Notes under the pieces: generated by a model
Database searches by the model: none
Seen by the model: the letters and a program-made list of their open reading frames with translations, nothing else
What the model was told of the DNA's origin: nothing
Shown here: positions 58,645 through 64,000 of the stretch, piece by piece
Position numbering within the stretch: the first letter of the stretch is position 1
Layout: every line of letters begins with the position of its first letter
Made by a program: the position numbers and the translations under genes
From: Batkoa obscura
Lineage: Eukaryota
Reading direction: 5' to 3'
DNA length: 64,000 nt
Assembly: GCA_030770535.1 (NCBI GenBank)
Contig: JASVEC010000002.1
Span: forward strand, 682,001 to 746,000

Positions 58645-59108
58645 TGTGAAATATCGCTTTGTCAGTCCCATGGTTAATTATAACATAACAATCGCCTAAG
58701 CTGTTGTGTTCTCGAGCTCAGAGGAAATCAATCCCATGTTCTTATTTTGATTTGTTATGAGAATTTCTAGCTCCATCCAAAAGAATATCATCTTCTCATT
58801 TTGATATTTATACTTTTCAGAGTATAAAAGAGTTTACAGAGTATAATAGTTCGAGGCTTTTTAACTGAATTATTACCTGATATCTCGAACATTTAATAAA
58901 ACCACTAAGTTTTCTTAATAGTATTTTACATAGGTTTTACATTAGTATTGTCTATTCTATTTGTCTTATATAGCTAGTAACCTATTACGTGATATTCCTC
59001 ATAACCCAAGTCTATCTTAGTCACATAAACTAAGACCTTTCGACTTATAGTGTAGTCAACCCAGCAATAGCTGTTCTTGACTCCAAACACTGAGTACCAG
59101 ATTTCACA
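58645..59108 (-). mobile_element. 464-bp LTR-like repeat, copy 3 (inverted)
   Basis: Reverse complement of 32071-32534 with few substitutions. No TSD. Confidence 0.78.
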
Positions 59109-59372
59109 ATACCAAGTAAGTTTGAAAATGCAGCAAGAAAAACGGATTTATGTAATATATATGCCTAGTATACAGTTAGAAAAAAGTTATTTGAAAATAA
59201 AATAAATACAGCAATAAAAAACAAAGCGGAGATAAAAGAAATTTTCAATGAAGAAGAAAACTATACAAATTACATAAATTCTTTGCTGATACTCAAAAAA
59301 AACATTTAATGAAACTATTAAAAAATCAAATAATAAAAGTTGTATAATGATTTTAGATCTTAAACAAAATAT

Positions 59373-59470
59373 GGAGCTGTTTTTTTTAGTTTCATTATTT
59401 TTCCATTTTTTAAGCGCTATTTATGTGGAAAAATTGTCAGTAAAATTCTTAAATACAAAAATACATCCCC
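59373..59470. mobile_element. MITE family copy (nested in the transposase, in frame)
   Basis: 98 bp plus 4-bp ATAT TSD = 102 bp, read through in ORF 59347-59829. Confidence 0.92.
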
Positions 59471-59752
59471 ATATGGAAATAGGAATAAGACCAGATTCAA
59501 TAACTTTAGATCATTATAATAAACAAGCTATATCAGTATTAGGTTTTGGTGTTTTATATTTAGAAGATGATAAAACAATAGGCAAAGTTTACTTTGATTA
59601 TTTATCTGAAATATTGAACCATGATTCAGCATATGCAGGGGATTGTTTAATCGATTTGTCTATACAAAGCTTTTATTTAAAAAGTTCACAAAAATTAATA
59701 TATGGGCAGATGCAGGAGATCATTTTAGATCCCAAGAGTTCCTACATTATAT

Positions 59753-59851
59753 GGGGATGTATTTCTTTGTTCAAGAATTTTACTAACAATCTTTCCGCTC
59801 AAATAGTGCTTAAAAAGTGGAAAAAATAATGAAACCAAGAAAATCATCCCC
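59753..59851. mobile_element. MITE family copy (nested in the transposase)
   Basis: GGGGATGT...TCATCCCC, ATAT TSD. Confidence 0.92.
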
Positions 59852-60005
59852 ATATGTTTAAAGAAACTCATAAAATAAATAGTAGTTTGAATGTCAACCT
59901 TAATTTTTTTGCTGAGCATCATGGAAAAAGTATAGCTGATGGACATTTTGGAAACCTTTCAAAATGGAAAAGTAGTTTTGAACCATTAAGCAAAATAGAA
60001 GATAT

Positions 60006-60102
60006 GGGGATGTTTTTTGACTTCACTACTTTTTCCATTCTTTAAGCACTATTTGAGCGTAAATTTTATTAGTAAAATTGTTAAACATAAAAATACATCC
60101 CC
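60006..60102. mobile_element. MITE family copy (nested in the transposase)
   Basis: GGGGATGT...ACATCCCC, ATAT TSD. Confidence 0.92.
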
Positions 60103-61045
60103 ATATACTAAAAAAGGAGTTTTATAAAGAAAATACTTTTAATATAAAATGATTATAATCTTTAAAAAGAAATAGATGTAATTAGCTAGAAGCAATTTAA
60201 AACTGTTAAACAATAACTTTAAAAAGTAGCTTTAAAAATCTGTTATAAAAAATATAATAATATTAAATATTATATTAAAACATATTCAATAAATAATTTT
60301 ATTTCATAACTATTTTATATATATTATACTTTATAACAATTCTTTTAGTAATAGTAAACCAATTTAATATTAAATCAATACCTTTATTTTAGCTTCTTAA
60401 TAGCCATACTTTCTATTCAACAAGTTCAAATTTTTGGTTTTCTTTTTATAAAGTTGATAACTCAGGTTTCATTAATTAACGACCTTTTATATTTAGTAAG
60501 AAAGCGACCAGCCATAGTTTCTACATAAATATACTCAAGGGGAAATCATTTAGCACCTAGTTCAAGTATGTAGTTGACTAATCTTTCCTTTTCTGAATTA
60601 GCCAGCTTTAATTTTAGTACAATTCCTTTGATTAAAAGTACAGGATTCTTATAAATTAAAGTTGAACTATTAATATTAAATAGTTAGCATCATACTTGTT
60701 GGTGTTTTTTGTTTTAATAGCTTTGGGTGCTTTGGTAATATTTTTCTGATAATATTTATTTTTTATTATACGATGTTTAATAAAAAATCGTTTTTTCTTA
60801 TATTATTTAATTTTATACTTTTTACTTCACGAACTCATAAATCCTTATCGACTCAAAGCCATACTATTAATTATTACTTTGAAAAGCTATATTATATATA
60901 TATTATAGTAAGATATGATATTTGGTATTGTAGTATTTAATTGCTCTTTTTAAATTATGATTATTTGATTTATAAATAAATTATTTTGATGAACGTGATT
61001 TAGGTTTAATTCATCACCGTATTTATATATTTACAATTTACTTAT

Positions 61046-61143
61046 GGGGATGTATTTTTTCATTTAAGAATTTACTAACAATTTTTCCATTCAAATAACG
61101 CTTAAAAGATGGAAAAAGTAGTGAAATAAAAAAAAACATCCTC
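61046..61143. mobile_element. MITE family copy
   Basis: GGGGATGT...ACATCCTC, TTAT TSD on both sides. Confidence 0.9.
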
Positions 61144-61321
61144 TTATACTATTATTTTGACTATAAATTTAAAAAATTAAAAACGTTTTTTACCAAAATT
61201 GAAAACTTCTTTATTAAAATTGAAATGTGGTTGTGCGATATAGCCCATTTGACTTGAATAATGTATCAAAAAAAGTACAGAATAATTAAAGAACAAATAA
61301 CAAATGAATTATTCCATCAAA

Positions 61322-63388
61322 TTAACATCTTTTTGGATTATTTTCGGGACATCCGAACCCTACAGCATATTTGCCTTGATCGACTCCAGCAATAGTTAAT
61401 ATAGCTGTTACTAATCCACCGATTCCTTCTCCACCTATCATTCCTGCTGCAATCGACATCATTAGAAGACTATGACTCTCTGGATTACGTTTATTCCAGA
61501 AATATCCAAATATAGCGCCTATAGAAAGCGTAATAGGAACAGCTGGTTGAGGAACACAGAAGGCTAAGCCTATAACCCCAAAGTTAGGTATATAATTGCT
61601 GTATTTTTTCAAAAATTTGCTTTTCAATAAAGCACCTATAATACTAACACATCCCATCACTATACAAGCAATACGACATGATGATGGGAATAATTTATCT
61701 GCTCCACTAGTAAGTAGTAATGCAAGACTTTGAAATGATGCTGCACCAGGGGCAGGGAAAGGACAAAGTAGATCAGGAGTTTTGCTTAAAATACAAGGAT
61801 ATCCAGCAGCAAACAACTGAAAGATAGCTACAGCGACAAAAATACCAGGGATAGTTGCTAAAACTTGAGCATAAAATTGATATTTTGGTGCAGCACCTAC
61901 ATCATGGCCAGTTTTCAAATCTCCAACCATTTCTGAAGCTTGTAATATTGTTTGAGTACTATAACCAGTAAGCATTAAACTGCTTGATAGTGCCATGTTA
62001 ACATCAGCAGATGGAATGACTGAAAATATAATTTGAACTATTTTAGATATAGCACCACCTGAATTTATATTTGTTTGTGCTGCAATCAAAGTTCCAACAT
62101 AGGAAAGTAAGAAACTTAAGATGGCACATAAAATAGTTTTACCAATCCCAATATCTAAATAGAAATGATTTACCAAAATGTTTACTACTAGCGAGGTTAT
62201 AAGACCAACAACCCACATCCAAGTTGGAACTTGTTCGTTTGGTGGTGCAGGATCATCATGATCTTCATATTCTACATCTTGTACATTTGATGGCGAGAAG
62301 CGTCTATAGTAGCAATTCTTTAAAGAAATTAATGGACCCTTCAATCCAGTGAAAACAGTATCATAATTAACTATTAATTCAGTGAAACTGTATGCAAGCA
62401 TCATTATGATACCAATCCAAAGATTCCATTGTACAATAGAAGTACCCGTGGGATTCTGAGTAATAACTAAACTCTTTCCAACAATATCTGTTAAATAAAA
62501 AACACAAGGTCCAATTATGCCCCAGGCAAGCAAGGCTCCAGCAAGGAAAGAAAATGAAGTATTTAATCCAACCATCATTCCACAACCAAAAAATGCAGGA
62601 GTAACCTGTGCTCTCCATCCCCAAATAGCATCCACAGCTATCACACTGGCGTTATTAGCGGCTGATCCAACCCAATAAAAGAAATGAAGGTCCCATAAGA
62701 AGGGAACAAAAAAAGTAAATACACGATAAAGTAAAGAGCCAGCAAATGGAACCATCATATACCAAAGTTGTTTGGAAGCATTGCTGCTTGATTTTTTATG
62801 GAGGTTCTTAATCACTTGAGATACTGCAGCTGGTCCTGGAAAAGGAAGTTTCTGTTTTAAAACAAAAGTGGTTCTCAAAGGAATAGCAAAAAACATGCCA
62901 TAAAATGAAGCTGGAATAAGCCAACAAATTAATAATCCCCATGAAAGATGAAGTGGTGGAAATAACCCTAAGCGATATGCAGCTGGGATAACAGAAGAGA
63001 AGACGACTGTTAATCCAGCAGTTGCGGTAGCAGCTGTTTGTATTGTACAGGTTTCTCTGACACCAAGTGGGCCTCCACCAAGATAAAGTGGTAAATGAGA
63101 CATTAATTGAACAATACCAAAACCAGCAATTGAACCAAAGAAAGATCCTAAAAATTGCCATCCAGCTTTCAAACCCATATATATATTACTTGCACCAAGG
63201 ATACAGCCTAAAAGAGTACCAACAGCAATAGAACGGAATGTGAATTGATAATCTACTATATCTTCTGGAACGTCACGATCATTAATATTTTGAATTTGAT
63301 ATCTAGTGTCATCCTTTTCATTGATGTATGCATCATCCTTTTCACTCATAAAGGCGTCATCAACGTAGCTTTTTTCACCGGAAGTCAT
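61322..63388 (-). CDS. OPT-family oligopeptide/metal-chelate transporter (YSL-like clade)
   Basis: FTFRSIAVG, YMGLKAGW, ETCTIQTAAT, AIPLR..LPFPG and DLKTGH motifs; many TM segments. Confidence 0.92.
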   Translation of the reverse strand: MTSGEKSYVDDAFMSEKDDAYINEKDDTRYQIQNINDRDVPEDIVDYQFTFRSIAVGTLLGCILGASNIYMGLKAGWQFLGSFFGSIAGFGIVQLMSHLPLYLGGGPLGVRETCTIQTAATATAGLTVVFSSVIPAAYRLGLFPPLHLSWGLLICWLIPASFYGMFFAIPLRTTFVLKQKLPFPGPAAVSQVIKNLHKKSSSNASKQLWYMMVPFAGSLLYRVFTFFVPFLWDLHFFYWVGSAANNASVIAVDAIWGWRAQVTPAFFGCGMMVGLNTSFSFLAGALLAWGIIGPCVFYLTDIVGKSLVITQNPTGTSIVQWNLWIGIIMMLAYSFTELIVNYDTVFTGLKGPLISLKNCYYRRFSPSNVQDVEYEDHDDPAPPNEQVPTWMWVVGLITSLVVNILVNHFYLDIGIGKTILCAILSFLLSYVGTLIAAQTNINSGGAISKIVQIIFSVIPSADVNMALSSSLMLTGYSTQTILQASEMVGDLKTGHDVGAAPKYQFYAQVLATIPGIFVAVAIFQLFAAGYPCILSKTPDLLCPFPAPGAASFQSLALLLTSGADKLFPSSCRIACIVMGCVSIIGALLKSKFLKKYSNYIPNFGVIGLAFCVPQPAVPITLSIGAIFGYFWNKRNPESHSLLMMSIAAGMIGGEGIGGLVTAILTIAGVDQGKYAVGFGCPENNPKRC

Positions 63389-63736
63389 TTTTTAATGATG
63401 AATAAAAATTAGAAAAAAACAATAAAGCAAGGGTATTTATAATCTAATCAAGTTCTGAAGAGCAATTACTTAATTTAGATGGATTTTGAATAAACAGGAA
63501 ATTTATTTTTAGAGGACAGCTAGATATTCTGGCAAGCAAAGTGTGTAAGATTAAAGAAATAGGCTAATTCACTAAATGAGTAAAAATAATAAACCTCGCG
63601 TTTAATTATAATTAATATAAAATACAAGGATATACAGGACAGATATATTTATTTAGTATAAATAAAAGAACTTTCAAAATATATAAACAATGCTTATATT
63701 TGAAATTTTAATTTGTCTCTAATTTATAGACTATAT

Positions 63737-63832
63737 TGGAAGTGTTTTTTGTTTATTAATTTTACTATTAATTTTTTCTCTCAAATTGCACTTAAAAAAC
63801 AGAAAAAATAATGAAACTAAAAAAACACCCTC
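63737..63832. mobile_element. MITE family copy, degenerate
   Basis: Internal consensus retained; ATAT/ATGT flanks. Confidence 0.78.
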
Positions 63833-64000
63833 ATGTCGTTCTTTTAATAGTTGTCCAATGTTGATTAATTTTGTTAGAACCCAATCCTGAAATAAGGGAT
63901 GGTCTATATTTGTCCTTTGTTACTTTATTGTTTCTAATCGAAATTAAATTTGGAGAATAAATTAGAACTTTGAAAAGCATGAAAATTGTACTAAAAATAT

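Larger units (their letters stand above)
58146..60150 (+). pseudogene. Decayed DDD-type DNA transposase (Sola-like), interrupted by four MITEs and an LTR-like repeat
   Basis: After removing insertions: RKTDLCNI, ILDLKQNMEIG, LSEILNHDS, (frameshift) IWADAGDHFRSQEFLHYMF, NFFAEHHGKSIADGHFG. Confidence 0.75.

Noticed and set aside
59373..60102. Repeated ~98-bp units separated by unique spacers, superficially CRISPR-like
   Set aside because: The units have TIRs and TSDs, occur in both orientations and are dispersed across the window. The spacers join into a transposase frame, and there are no cas genes.

Overview
Very AT-rich eukaryotic DNA with short (44-64 nt) GT-AG introns. The gene content suggests an early-diverging fungus, probably Entomophthorales/Conidiobolus-like (inference). 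Genes: a Ras-like GTPase, three Ser/Thr-rich secreted or GPI proteins, four tRNAs (Val-TAC, Ser-AGA, two identical Cys-GCA), a 7-exon hypothetical gene, two tandem F-box proteins, a RAD51 paralogue, a secreted tyrosinase, a DCAF15-like gene, MFS and ABCC transporters, a 703-aa secreted repeat protein, a kexin without a transmembrane anchor, an inverted pair of S28 peptidases, an OSCA/TMEM63 channel with an inverted pseudogene, and an OPT transporter. About 30 copies of a ~97-bp MITE (GGG..CCC ends, 4-bp W-rich TSD) are scattered through the window. There are three copies of a 464-bp TG..CA LTR-like repeat, and a decayed Sola-like DDD transposase that can be reconstructed by removing nested insertions. 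Best leads: (1) a secreted protein with mussel-adhesive-like GKPSYGRPGY decapeptide repeats near an anchorless kexin, with a secreted tyrosinase in the same window; (2) an unannotated multi-stem, possibly pseudoknotted RNA-like element at ~54430-54720; (3) the MITE family and its candidate transposase. No database searches were run. All family calls rest on motif recognition.
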